A stretch of 64,000 bases of DNA from Candidatus Delongbacteria bacterium (GTDB lineage: Bacteria > CAIWAD01), in contig OY760505.1 of the NCBI GenBank assembly GCA_963663545.1, forward strand, positions 544,001 through 608,000, written 5' to 3'. Within the stretch, counting starts at the first letter, position 1. Every line of letters begins with the position of its first letter. Positions 1 to 8,078 of this stretch are shown one piece after another. The notes under the pieces are model-generated. The model did not search any database. It was not told where the DNA came from and saw only the letters and a list, made by a program, of their open reading frames with translations. Both the position numbers and the translations under genes were made by a program.

Positions 1-313
1 GAGCGGGCTGCAGGCGTAGTGTGTCCTGCCAGGCCTGCAACTGGTTCATACCGCGACGGCAGGACGCGCACCAGCTGGCCCAGAAGCCGATGAGGACGGG
101 GCGCTCCTCCTTGAGCAGCGTGCGCCGTGATACAATATCGTTGGCGGCTACAGGCAGGGCAAAGGCAGGCAATTGCTGGCCGACCACCAATGTGCCCAGG
201 CTGTCGGCTTTGCGGGTCGGAAGCTCCCTGGCCCCGGCAAGGGCGGGCAAGAGGAGCAGCAGGAAGAAAACCGCCGGCCAATGGCACCGGCGGTGAGTTG
301 TCATCGTGTTCAT
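1..313 (-). CDS. TlpA/ResA-family thiol-disulfide oxidoreductase, exported (runs off the window edge)
   Basis: Absent from the ORF track. Manual translation from ATG at 313: MNTMTTHRRCHWPAVFFLLLLLPALAGARE...PAFALP...RPVLIGFWASWCASCRRGMNQL. Signal peptide plus the TlpA FWAxWCxxC motif. Confidence 0.85.
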   Translation of the reverse strand, partial: MNTMTTHRRCHWPAVFFLLLLLPALAGARELPTRKADSLGTLVVGQQLPAFALPVAANDIVSRRTLLKEERPVLIGFWASWCASCRRGMNQLQAWQDTLRLQPA

Positions 314-327
314 AGTGTCCGGGCGAA

Positions 328-948
328 TCAGTAGTTGGATTCCAGTTCGCTGTCGTTGTTCATCTGGCGGTTGAGCTCGATGGCGCGCTCCATGTTGCGG
401 CGATCGGTCTCTTCCTTGGCCTGCTGCCAGCGTTCTTCCAGCAGCTGCTCGGCGAACTCCTGTGGCGCGCTGCGTGATACACGCACCAGGCAGAAGGAGC
501 GGAAGTAGTTGCGCACGCGGCCCTGCTCCTGGCGCTGCACCTGCTGATCGTGCCACTCGGCCACGTCGGGGCGCAGAATGCCCATGGATTCGAAACTGCC
601 CACGGCCTCATCGGCCATGCCCGAATTGATGATATCGTCCACCACACCGGCGGCGGCCAGTACGCGTGTCACACGGCGCTTGCCGTAGGTGCCCAGGGCC
701 TCCAGCGCCTGCTCGTAGGCAGCCATGCGGGCGTCGTTGCGCGCCTCCTGCATGGTGGTGAAATTGCGCGAGGTGCCCACGTAGGCCTTAAATTCCTTGT
801 CGCTTTCGCGGTTGGGGTCGCCCACCCACTTGGGCATTTCCTGGCCCGAAAGGATGGTCTCGTCGCCCACCATTCTCTGCTTGGCACCACAACCGAGCAG
901 GGTCAGCAGTACACTCAGCATCACAACAACCGGAATCAGCTTCTTCAT
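328..948 (-). CDS. Lipoprotein, LPP20-like
   Basis: Lipobox LLGC; P-x-W motif followed by GTSRNF..EARNDA; paralogous to the adjacent 987-1592 protein; GGAGAAGGAG RBS upstream. Confidence 0.7.
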   Translation of the reverse strand: MKKLIPVVVMLSVLLTLLGCGAKQRMVGDETILSGQEMPKWVGDPNRESDKEFKAYVGTSRNFTTMQEARNDARMAAYEQALEALGTYGKRRVTRVLAAAGVVDDIINSGMADEAVGSFESMGILRPDVAEWHDQQVQRQEQGRVRNYFRSFCLVRVSRSAPQEFAEQLLEERWQQAKEETDRRNMERAIELNRQMNNDSELESNY

Positions 949-986
949 GCTTGCTTCTCCTTCTCCATTCTATGTCCTGGCCCGCG

Positions 987-1592
987 CTACCACTGGTCGC
1001 TGCGCAGGCGGTCCATCAACTCCAGAGCACGATTGATATTGCGCTGATCCTGTTCGTCGGCCTTTGCCTGGGCCTGAGTGCGAATGGCGTCCGCCATGGA
1101 TTGCTCGGCGTCGGCGTTGGACCAGTTCACCAGCACGTAGGCGCGATAGTAGTACTCCAGGCCAAGCTGCGTGGTGCGCGCCCACTTTTGCACGTGGAAT
1201 TCGCGCGCGCGGGTGCGAATTTCGGCCTCGCTGACCATGCGCGTGGCGTCGTCGAGCACCATGCCGGGATCGAGGATGGCGCTGGCGGTGCCGGTGGAAC
1301 TGATGACCTGCTCCACCAGGTGCTGGCCGTAGGTGCCCATGGCGTCGATGATCTGCTGACGCGCGTTCTGCAGCGCGTTATCGCGGGCCTCGCCCTCGCT
1401 GGCAAAGTTGTGACTGGTACCGCAGAAGGCTTTGGCTTCTTTGCTGTCCTCGCGGGCGGGTTCCAGCGTCCAGCGCGGCGCATCGTCACCGGCGAGCAGT
1501 TCTTCGTAGCCAATGGGATGGTGCTTGCTGGCGCAGGCGTTGACCAGCAGTAAAAGCGCAAAGGTGGCGAGCAGCGGCAGGGTCTTCCTCAT
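987..1592 (-). CDS. Lipoprotein, LPP20-like
   Basis: Start moved to MRKTLP (AAGGAG RBS); lipobox VNAC; PRW...GTSHNF..EARDNA; C-terminus NINRALELMDRL parallels NMERAIELNRQM of the neighbour. Confidence 0.7.
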   Translation of the reverse strand: MRKTLPLLATFALLLLVNACASKHHPIGYEELLAGDDAPRWTLEPAREDSKEAKAFCGTSHNFASEGEARDNALQNARQQIIDAMGTYGQHLVEQVISSTGTASAILDPGMVLDDATRMVSEAEIRTRAREFHVQKWARTTQLGLEYYYRAYVLVNWSNADAEQSMADAIRTQAQAKADEQDQRNINRALELMDRLRSDQW

Positions 1593-1688
1593 ACTGTTCT
1601 CCTTATGACTGTGGGCTGTCAAATTGGTGCACGGGGAGCGAAGAGACAAGAGCCGGATAACTGGCACGTGCTAAGGTACCGACTCCGT

Positions 1689-1775
1689 CGGTATCGGTGC
1701 CTGTCACTATGCGACAGGATCGGTATCGGTATCGGTATCGGTATCGGTGCCTGTCACTACGCGGCCGGATCGGTA
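1689..1775. repeat. Two ~37-bp direct repeats (50-bp period) joined by an (ATCGGT)x5 microsatellite
   Basis: cggtatcggtgcctgtcactatgcgacaggatcggta (1689-1725) and cggtatcggtgcctgtcactacgcggccggatcggta (1739-1775); ATCGGT x5 at 1719-1748. Confidence 0.85.
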
Positions 1776-1818
1776 CTGGTATCGAGATCGGCGCAATGTG
1801 CAGCGCAACTAGCCCGCC

Positions 1819-3759
1819 TCATGGAGTAGCCGTCCTGACAAGACGGAGGCCCAGACTGCGGTACGTGTTCGACGGGGCGGGGTTGAGGCGAAAGGCGCAG
1901 CGCAGGAGGGACGCGCGGTTGTCCCAGCTGCCGCCCCGGCCCACACGGCGGGAGCCGCTTTGCGGCCCAGTGGGGTTGCTCACACTGCCACTACTGTAAC
2001 TACCATACCAATCACTGCACCACTCCCACACGTTGCCGTGCATGTCGTACAAACCCCAGGCGTTTGGCTGTTTCTGTCCCACCGGGTGGGTCTTTGTACT
2101 GGCATTGCCACTGTACCATGCATACTGACCCAGTTGCGAAGCGCTGTTGCCAAAGTGATAGGCACTCTGGCTACCCGCGCGGCAGGCGTACTCCCACTGC
2201 GCCTCGGTGGGCAGGCTGTAGCGCCAGTTTGTATCACGCTGGCCCAGCTTGCGCACAAACTCCTGCACATCATTCCAACTCACCCTCTCCACCGGCAGAT
2301 TGTCGCCCTTGAAGTTTGAAGGGTTGCTGCCCATGATCTCGCGCCACTGCGCCTGGGTCACTTCCGTCGTCATCATTTGAAAGGCGTCCAGTGTCACCTT
2401 GTGTACGGGGCCCTCCTCCTTATGGCGCCCGCTCTCACTGTTTGGGCTGCCCATGCGAAATCTGCCGGCGGGGATGCTGACAAAGCTCATGCCGGACAAG
2501 GGGCCGCTGAGTGTACCCGCTGGTTGTCTTCCACTTTGAGCAACCTGCGTTTGTGATACAGCGGCCTGCACTTCCCATTTGGCTTCTGTCACCTCCCGCT
2601 CGCGTATCACGATCTGCTCCTCGCGCACACCCACCTTCAGCTTGTGCTGGCCGATGGGCAGTTTCATGCGGTGCGGCGTCTGGCCTACGGATACACCATC
2701 GACGCTTACGGGCAGCACCTGTGCGTTGCCTTGCGGGTCGTGGGCGCTTACGCTCAGGCCGCCCTCGCGTATCACAAGCTTGAACTCGGCTGTGCAGTGC
2801 TCGCCGCGCTGCACCTGCACGCTGCGGCTCTCGGTATAGACTTGTGACACATCGCCCACCTCCACCTGGTGGCTGCCGAAACCCAGCACCGTATCACGCA
2901 GAGGAGTGCGGCCCTTGGCCTCGCCATCGATGGTCACGGGCTGATTGGTTGGCGTCGAGCTCACCGTGAGGTAGCCGAACGTAGGTGTCAGGGTGTAGGC
3001 CAGCTCGCGATTCGTGGCGATGTTCTCGCTGGTGCTGAAGTCTTCGTAGCGGGCCAGCGACAGTTTGACACGAACCGGGCCTTCGGGAAGCTGGCGCGAG
3101 CAGGGCGTTTCGCCCACATAGCTGCCGTTCAGGTAGAGGGTGGCTCCCGGTGGTGTGCTGGCAAACTGCACCACGTAGTCGGTGTTGGTGTCGAAGTCCC
3201 AGTCAGCTGCGGCAGCGCTACCAGAAGATGTGCCGCCCAGGTTCAAACCTTCGGGAGCGGCCAGGATGAAAAGCCGGGACGCCTGATCGCAGGCACAATC
3301 CTTCAGCTTGAGCCACCCTTGGGCGCTGCACTCGGCCATGTCCAGCATGTTGCCGCTGGCGGTTTCGTAAAAGGTGAGCTGAATCAGATAGCTGCCCGCA
3401 CCTGCCGGAATGATTTTGCTGGAAAGCAGCCAGTCGGCCTGCAGGCTGCGGGCCATCGAGAGTTGGCAGCTCGCGTCCAGGCACTGGGTGTCGATCTCGT
3501 TGTCGCGCAGAATTTGCAGGGTAGTGGCCGAGGTCAACACCAGCGCCTTCTGCCCCATCACGGCACGCGCCTGGCCGCGCAGGGCGTCCAATATGGCGTC
3601 ATGCTGATCACCGTTGATTCCGGCGATGGGTGTGGTGCTCTGGTCCAGAACGGCCACGATCTGCTGCTGGGCAGAAGAAGGCAATGCGGTGATACACAGC
3701 GCGATGAGCAACAGCAGTGCGTGCAGGTGCCCCTGGCGGGGAGAGTGTGTGCGGATCAT
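1819..3759 (-). CDS. Exported PEGA-repeat protein with C-terminal FGE-sulfatase (SUMF1/CLec-fold) domain
   Basis: Signal peptide; PEGA repeats (STPPGATLYLNG..GETP); FGE motifs F.MGS, EVTQAQW, PVERVSW, LPTEAQWEYACRAG, PNAWGLYDMHGNVWEWC, RGGSW, GLRLVR. Start moved to MIRTHS. Confidence 0.9.
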   Translation of the reverse strand: MIRTHSPRQGHLHALLLLIALCITALPSSAQQQIVAVLDQSTTPIAGINGDQHDAILDALRGQARAVMGQKALVLTSATTLQILRDNEIDTQCLDASCQLSMARSLQADWLLSSKIIPAGAGSYLIQLTFYETASGNMLDMAECSAQGWLKLKDCACDQASRLFILAAPEGLNLGGTSSGSAAAADWDFDTNTDYVVQFASTPPGATLYLNGSYVGETPCSRQLPEGPVRVKLSLARYEDFSTSENIATNRELAYTLTPTFGYLTVSSTPTNQPVTIDGEAKGRTPLRDTVLGFGSHQVEVGDVSQVYTESRSVQVQRGEHCTAEFKLVIREGGLSVSAHDPQGNAQVLPVSVDGVSVGQTPHRMKLPIGQHKLKVGVREEQIVIREREVTEAKWEVQAAVSQTQVAQSGRQPAGTLSGPLSGMSFVSIPAGRFRMGSPNSESGRHKEEGPVHKVTLDAFQMMTTEVTQAQWREIMGSNPSNFKGDNLPVERVSWNDVQEFVRKLGQRDTNWRYSLPTEAQWEYACRAGSQSAYHFGNSASQLGQYAWYSGNASTKTHPVGQKQPNAWGLYDMHGNVWEWCSDWYGSYSSGSVSNPTGPQSGSRRVGRGGSWDNRASLLRCAFRLNPAPSNTYRSLGLRLVRTATP

Positions 3760-3836
3760 TCTTCTTCCTGTCTGGTGGAGTGTCGGCGAGCAAAGTAGCG
3801 AATCTTCAGCTGGCTGTGGAAGCGGCCTGCAGACGA

Positions 3837-3884
3837 GGGGTCTGGCACCCACCTGGCACCTGTCTGGCACGGGTCTGGCACCTC
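3837..3884. repeat. 11-bp-period GTCTGGCACnn tandem element (4 units), REP-like
   Basis: Units start at 3840, 3851, 3862 and 3873; same element at 53122 and 54117. Confidence 0.8.
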
Positions 3885-4395
3885 GCTCTAACTGCAAGCT
3901 GAAACGAAGCACCTGCTCGGTGCGCACAGGTATGGCCTGCTCCGTCCGGAGCCGGATAGGCGTCAGGCACGAACCTTCATCGAGTTCAGTCTGCAGAGCG
4001 GCGGGCCTTCAGCCCTGCTCGGCTAGAATGGGTCTCTACCTGGGGCGATGGCTGGGATGAGATATAACCGGGCCTGCGTCCCTGCCGAAGTCATGTAGCA
4101 CGGTGGGGTTTCGTCGCGGCGCCCGTGCGTAAGGTGGGCGCCAGGCAGGTCCCATGATAGAACCGACTCCGTGTGCCAAGCCTTGGTCACGATCGATCCT
4201 GCATTGAGCCACTCACGGGTACGCTGCCCGAACTCGACGAAGGCGCACAGCAACTCATGTGACGATAAAACAGCTTGCGAAGCGCGGCTTCGTCGCCTTG
4301 TTGACTGCCACCCATGTAACGCCCAAGCAGGCGTGGGCGCAGTCAACAAGCCCCTGTTTGGAAAGCAAACTGCCGAGCTACTCCATGAGCCCCGC

Positions 4396-7170
4396 TCATG
4401 GGATAGCCGTCCTGACAAGACGGAAGCCCAAGCCGTTGTACGTGCTCGACGGGATATCGTATCTGCGGCACGCACATCGGACGCTCACGGCAATGTCGAT
4501 CCAAGTGCTACCCCGAAACACGCGGTGGGAGCCTTCAGTAATTCCGTACGGGTCAGATTGAGTAGTGCTGCTGTAGTTGTCATACCAATCACCACACCAC
4601 TCCACGGCATTGCCCGCCAGGTCGTAGAAGCCACAGCCCGTCGGCGGATAACTGCCCACCGGTGTGGTCCAACCCACACAGTTGTTGTAGTTCAAGCGCT
4701 CACAGGAAGGGGATTCATTGCCCCAAGGGTAGCTACGCTCATCGTCCCACTGGGCGGCGTACTCCCACTCGGCCTCCGTGGGCAGGCGGTAGCCCTGGGC
4801 CAGATAGGGATCGTGTTCGGGAGTCTGGTCCCAGTTCACATTGGTGCCGTCACCGTAGAAGGGTGGCAGACCCGCCAGCGCGCTGCGCCAATCGCAATAG
4901 CAGGCGGCCCCGTACCAGCTGACTTCGATCACGGGGTGTTGCTCGCGCCCCGCATCCACGCTGAACTGGCCCCCGGAGTAGGAGATCTCGCAGGTACCAT
5001 CCAGGTTCAGCAACTCCTGGCCGTAGGCCTGCACACTGCTGCTGCTGGTACTCACCAGGCCCTGGCCGAGCGCCCACTGCAGGGCTTCGAGGTACTGCGC
5101 GTTGGTGACCTCGCATCTACCCAGCAGGAAATCGTGGGTTAAAGTGACCGAATGCTCTGGTTCAGCCACGCCTGATTGCCCCATTATGAACTCACCTGAA
5201 GGGACGCGAATGAAATCCGCCTCCAGATAGGGTGCATCTAACACTTGGGTCTGCCGATTTCCCACTCGGTCCTCTACTCTGGCCTGGAACTGTTCGTTGA
5301 AGCCAGCCACGGCCTCGGGCACAGTCCATTGCAGGGTGTAGAGACCGTTACCCGCAGCGGGCAGGATCAGGGTGGTGTTGGCGTTCACCACCACCTGCAC
5401 CTGGGCTCCCGTCTCGGCGCCAAAGGCATCGGGCGCCAGCTGCACGCGAAAGGTCAGGGAATCACCTTCACAGACGATCTCACGACCTTCCCAGGTGAAG
5501 GACTGAATGCTGCATTGAGTATCCAAGCCGATAGAGTCAGGAGTAGTAGTCACGGCAAAGAACTCGTGACGGAACCAGCCGTGGACCGGGTACCAGCCAT
5601 CACCCGCACCCAGCGACCAGGCCAGGCTGTCCGCCAACGGCTGCCAGACAAGCTCCTGCGGTTCCTCCTCGGCGGACAGAGCCATCTCCAGGGCACCGGT
5701 CGTTTGCAGCTGAAGCCAGGCCACGCTCTGATTGGTGAAGTCCGCAGAGAAGGCAAGGCTGGCGTCGAGGGGCGATGGCGTGATACTCGCTGTGACCTCC
5801 GCCTGCATGTCGAAATCGTTCTTCAGCCGCAGATAGACAGTCTTTGTGCCTTCGCCCGTCAATAGCTCCCAGTCCAGACTTAGGCTGGGGAACTCCATCG
5901 GTATCCACTCTTCATCGGTGGTCGCGCCCTTAGCGGGGACCTCAGCGCACGCTGAGCGCCGCTTGGAACCGCTGTCAGCCGCTGCAGCGGCCGGGTTGAA
6001 GGGCTCATTGGACAATTGATAGGCCAATGCGCCAGTGCCGGCGAAGGCCAGCTGCACCAGGCGCGTTGGCGTGTACTGGGCGCTGTCATTGATGCTGAGG
6101 CTGGCGTCGAGCGGCGATGGCGTGATACTCGCTGTGAGTTCAGCCTGTATCTCGAAATCGTTCTTCAGCCGCAGATAAACGGTCTTCGTCCCCTCACCCG
6201 TCAAGAGCTCCCAATCCACGCTCAGACTGAGGGACTCCATCGGTATCCACTCATCATCGGTAGTCGCACCCTTAGTGGGGATCATCGCCCGCGCTGAGCG
6301 CTGGACAGTACCGCTACCAGCCGCCGCAGTAGCCGGGTCGATGGGCTCGTTGGACAACTGATAGGCCACGGCACCAGTGCCGTCGAAGTCCAGCTTCACC
6401 AGGCGCGTCGGCGTGTACTCGTCGCCATCGTTGATGCTGAGACTGGCCTCAATTGGCGCTGGCGTGATACTCGCACTAGACAGCGGTGATACCTGCCCCT
6501 CGTCGGACTGCGCCACGGCGTAGAGGGTCTTCTCGCCCGAGCCCGCGGCCAGCTGCCAGGCCAGCGAAGTGCGGGCGTCCTGCCAGGGGGCGCCTGAGCT
6601 GTCGGAAGGTACCCCCTCCCAGATGCGCATCTGCTGCGCACCGTAGGCGGTGAAGGTCAGTGTGACATAGCGCGTGGGTGTAGTGGATGAGCCATCGCCG
6701 ATCTGTAGTACCGGCTCGGTGTTGATGCTGATTTGTGCTACACCGCTGGCGTCCGCCTCCTCTGAGCCCACGGCCAGCACATAGTAGCTGTAGCGCTTAC
6801 CGTTTTGCAGGTTCAGATCGACAAAGCTCGTGGCCGTCGGGCTGGAGAGCAGTTCATAGGCAGCGTCGTTGACACTGCGATACACGTGATACACGTCAAT
6901 ACCGACAACGCCCGGGTCCTGCCAGACCAGGTTGGCACCACCGTTTTGCAGCGTCACTGTCAGCTCGTAGGGATCACCACCGGTCGCGGGATTGCCGGGA
7001 TCCAGCGGATTATCCCTCCCCGGCTCTGCGGGAGTCTCGCCCGTGCAGGCGGCCAGAGTCCAGGTCAGCGCCAGCAGCAGGCTCGCCGCCAGGCCCAGGA
7101 CCAGACGTGAACGCCACGTATTCTTTTGTATCACGCTCGTCGCTTGTCTGCGTGTTCTCGTCGTGCTCAT
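4396..7170 (-). CDS. Lipoprotein with FN3/Ig-like repeats and C-terminal FGE-sulfatase (CLec-fold) domain
   Basis: Lipobox LAAC followed by RDNPLDP; FN3-like segment; tandem 114-aa repeats; FGE motifs (EVTNAQY, PVIEVSW, YRLPTEAEWEYAA, GFYDLAGNAVEWC, GFRLVR). Start uncertain (7170 or 7185). Confidence 0.85.
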   Translation of the reverse strand: MSTTRTRRQATSVIQKNTWRSRLVLGLAASLLLALTWTLAACTGETPAEPGRDNPLDPGNPATGGDPYELTVTLQNGGANLVWQDPGVVGIDVYHVYRSVNDAAYELLSSPTATSFVDLNLQNGKRYSYYVLAVGSEEADASGVAQISINTEPVLQIGDGSSTTPTRYVTLTFTAYGAQQMRIWEGVPSDSSGAPWQDARTSLAWQLAAGSGEKTLYAVAQSDEGQVSPLSSASITPAPIEASLSINDGDEYTPTRLVKLDFDGTGAVAYQLSNEPIDPATAAAGSGTVQRSARAMIPTKGATTDDEWIPMESLSLSVDWELLTGEGTKTVYLRLKNDFEIQAELTASITPSPLDASLSINDSAQYTPTRLVQLAFAGTGALAYQLSNEPFNPAAAAADSGSKRRSACAEVPAKGATTDEEWIPMEFPSLSLDWELLTGEGTKTVYLRLKNDFDMQAEVTASITPSPLDASLAFSADFTNQSVAWLQLQTTGALEMALSAEEEPQELVWQPLADSLAWSLGAGDGWYPVHGWFRHEFFAVTTTPDSIGLDTQCSIQSFTWEGREIVCEGDSLTFRVQLAPDAFGAETGAQVQVVVNANTTLILPAAGNGLYTLQWTVPEAVAGFNEQFQARVEDRVGNRQTQVLDAPYLEADFIRVPSGEFIMGQSGVAEPEHSVTLTHDFLLGRCEVTNAQYLEALQWALGQGLVSTSSSSVQAYGQELLNLDGTCEISYSGGQFSVDAGREQHPVIEVSWYGAACYCDWRSALAGLPPFYGDGTNVNWDQTPEHDPYLAQGYRLPTEAEWEYAAQWDDERSYPWGNESPSCERLNYNNCVGWTTPVGSYPPTGCGFYDLAGNAVEWCGDWYDNYSSTTQSDPYGITEGSHRVFRGSTWIDIAVSVRCACRRYDIPSSTYNGLGFRLVRTAIP
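5756..6475. repeat. Intragenic tandem duplication, 342-bp (114-aa) period
   Basis: ggcgtgatactcgc recurs with its GTGATAC core at 5780, 6122 and 6464; the protein repeats SLSIND..YTPTRLV.L.F.GTGA.AYQLSNEP...WELLTGEGTKTVYLRLKNDF. Confidence 0.9.
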
Positions 7171-7251
7171 CGTGCTCCCTCGCATTCCTGCTTCCCTCTT
7201 CTCGCTTCTGGTCCGGCCCTGTGGCATGGCGTGATCCAGCAGGCGCTGGCG

Positions 7252-7734
7252 CTACTCTTCCCCGTAGCGGCTGCTGCGCTCGCGTACGACAAAATCGACC
7301 TCGCAGCCCAGCAGGCTCAGCAGTTGCAGCAGTTGTCCCATGGATTTGCGCGTGTTGGCGGTGTCAAGCAGGCGGTAGAACTGCGTGGCCGAAGTGCCCA
7401 GGCGGCGCACCATTTCGCGCTTGCTCATCTTGCTGGCGGCCACGCGGCGCTCCACCTCTAGGTTGAGTTTGTGCAGTAGCAGCTCGGCCATGTACTCGGG
7501 GTCGCGGTTGACCTCGAGCACCTGGTCCAGGTGCACACTGCCCTCGCTGCCGTCTTTCAAGGTATAGGTGAAGGCCTCGTGGCCGAAGTCGGGGTCGCTG
7601 GCCACTTGCACCACGCCGTTGCCGCGCTCAGGCACGGGCTGCAGGTTGGCGTAGGGCAGCTCCCAGCTTTTGCCACCGGCGCTGACTACAAAACACCGCT
7701 TGCGGTTGTTGGCTTTGACATGGTCGATCTTCAT
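7252..7734 (-). CDS. Putative antitoxin: uncharacterised N-terminal domain plus C-terminal XRE-type HTH
   Basis: Start MKIDHV overlaps the upstream stop (ATGA at 7731-7734); HTH-like MSKREMVRRLGTSATQFYRLLD. Confidence 0.7.
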   Translation of the reverse strand: MKIDHVKANNRKRCFVVSAGGKSWELPYANLQPVPERGNGVVQVASDPDFGHEAFTYTLKDGSEGSVHLDQVLEVNRDPEYMAELLLHKLNLEVERRVAASKMSKREMVRRLGTSATQFYRLLDTANTRKSMGQLLQLLSLLGCEVDFVVRERSSRYGEE

Positions 7735-7925
7735 AGCAGGCCCTCCCGGCGCAACTCCAAAATGAGGTCGAGGATTCTTCGGGTTGCTTCGCCCTTCATT
7801 GACATCCAGTTCTCCAGATCCCATTTCACCACCAGTTTGCCTTCCTTGTAGACATGCACGTGGTGTGGGCTGTGATCGCCGATCCAGCTCAGGAACACGA
7901 AGTTGCCCCGCTTGATCTTCGTCAT
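7731..7925 (-). CDS. DUF4160-like small protein, putative toxin
   Basis: 64 aa with DHSPHHVHV (DUF4160 pattern xHxPxHxH); GGAGGT RBS; translationally coupled to the HTH gene. Confidence 0.7.
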   Translation of the reverse strand: MTKIKRGNFVFLSWIGDHSPHHVHVYKEGKLVVKWDLENWMSMKGEATRRILDLILELRREGLL

Positions 7926-8078
7926 TTCCGTTACCTCCGATAGTAACACTATCAAATCTCAACTGCTACACGAAGGTTCGAGAATCACGATTTTTCGGGC
8001 TGCGTTCCCACTTTTTCGGTGCCTGTTCCTCCCGGGTTCCCTACTGTCAAAGCCACCTGACGCTTTCGATTCGCCCGC

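Noticed and set aside
1689..1790. Possible mini-CRISPR array
   Set aside because: Only two repeat copies, the intervening sequence is a microsatellite rather than a unique spacer, and there are no cas genes in the window.
3998..4082. Degenerate REP-like element (gcgggccttcagccct...cctggggcgatggctggg)
   Set aside because: Single copy in the window with imperfect symmetry; cannot be supported without genome-wide copies.
4023..4475. 150-aa minus-strand ORF and other short ORFs in the 3760-4395 gap
   Set aside because: Overlaps the FGE gene out of frame, no recognisable motifs or RBS; the region is hairpin-rich and probably non-coding.
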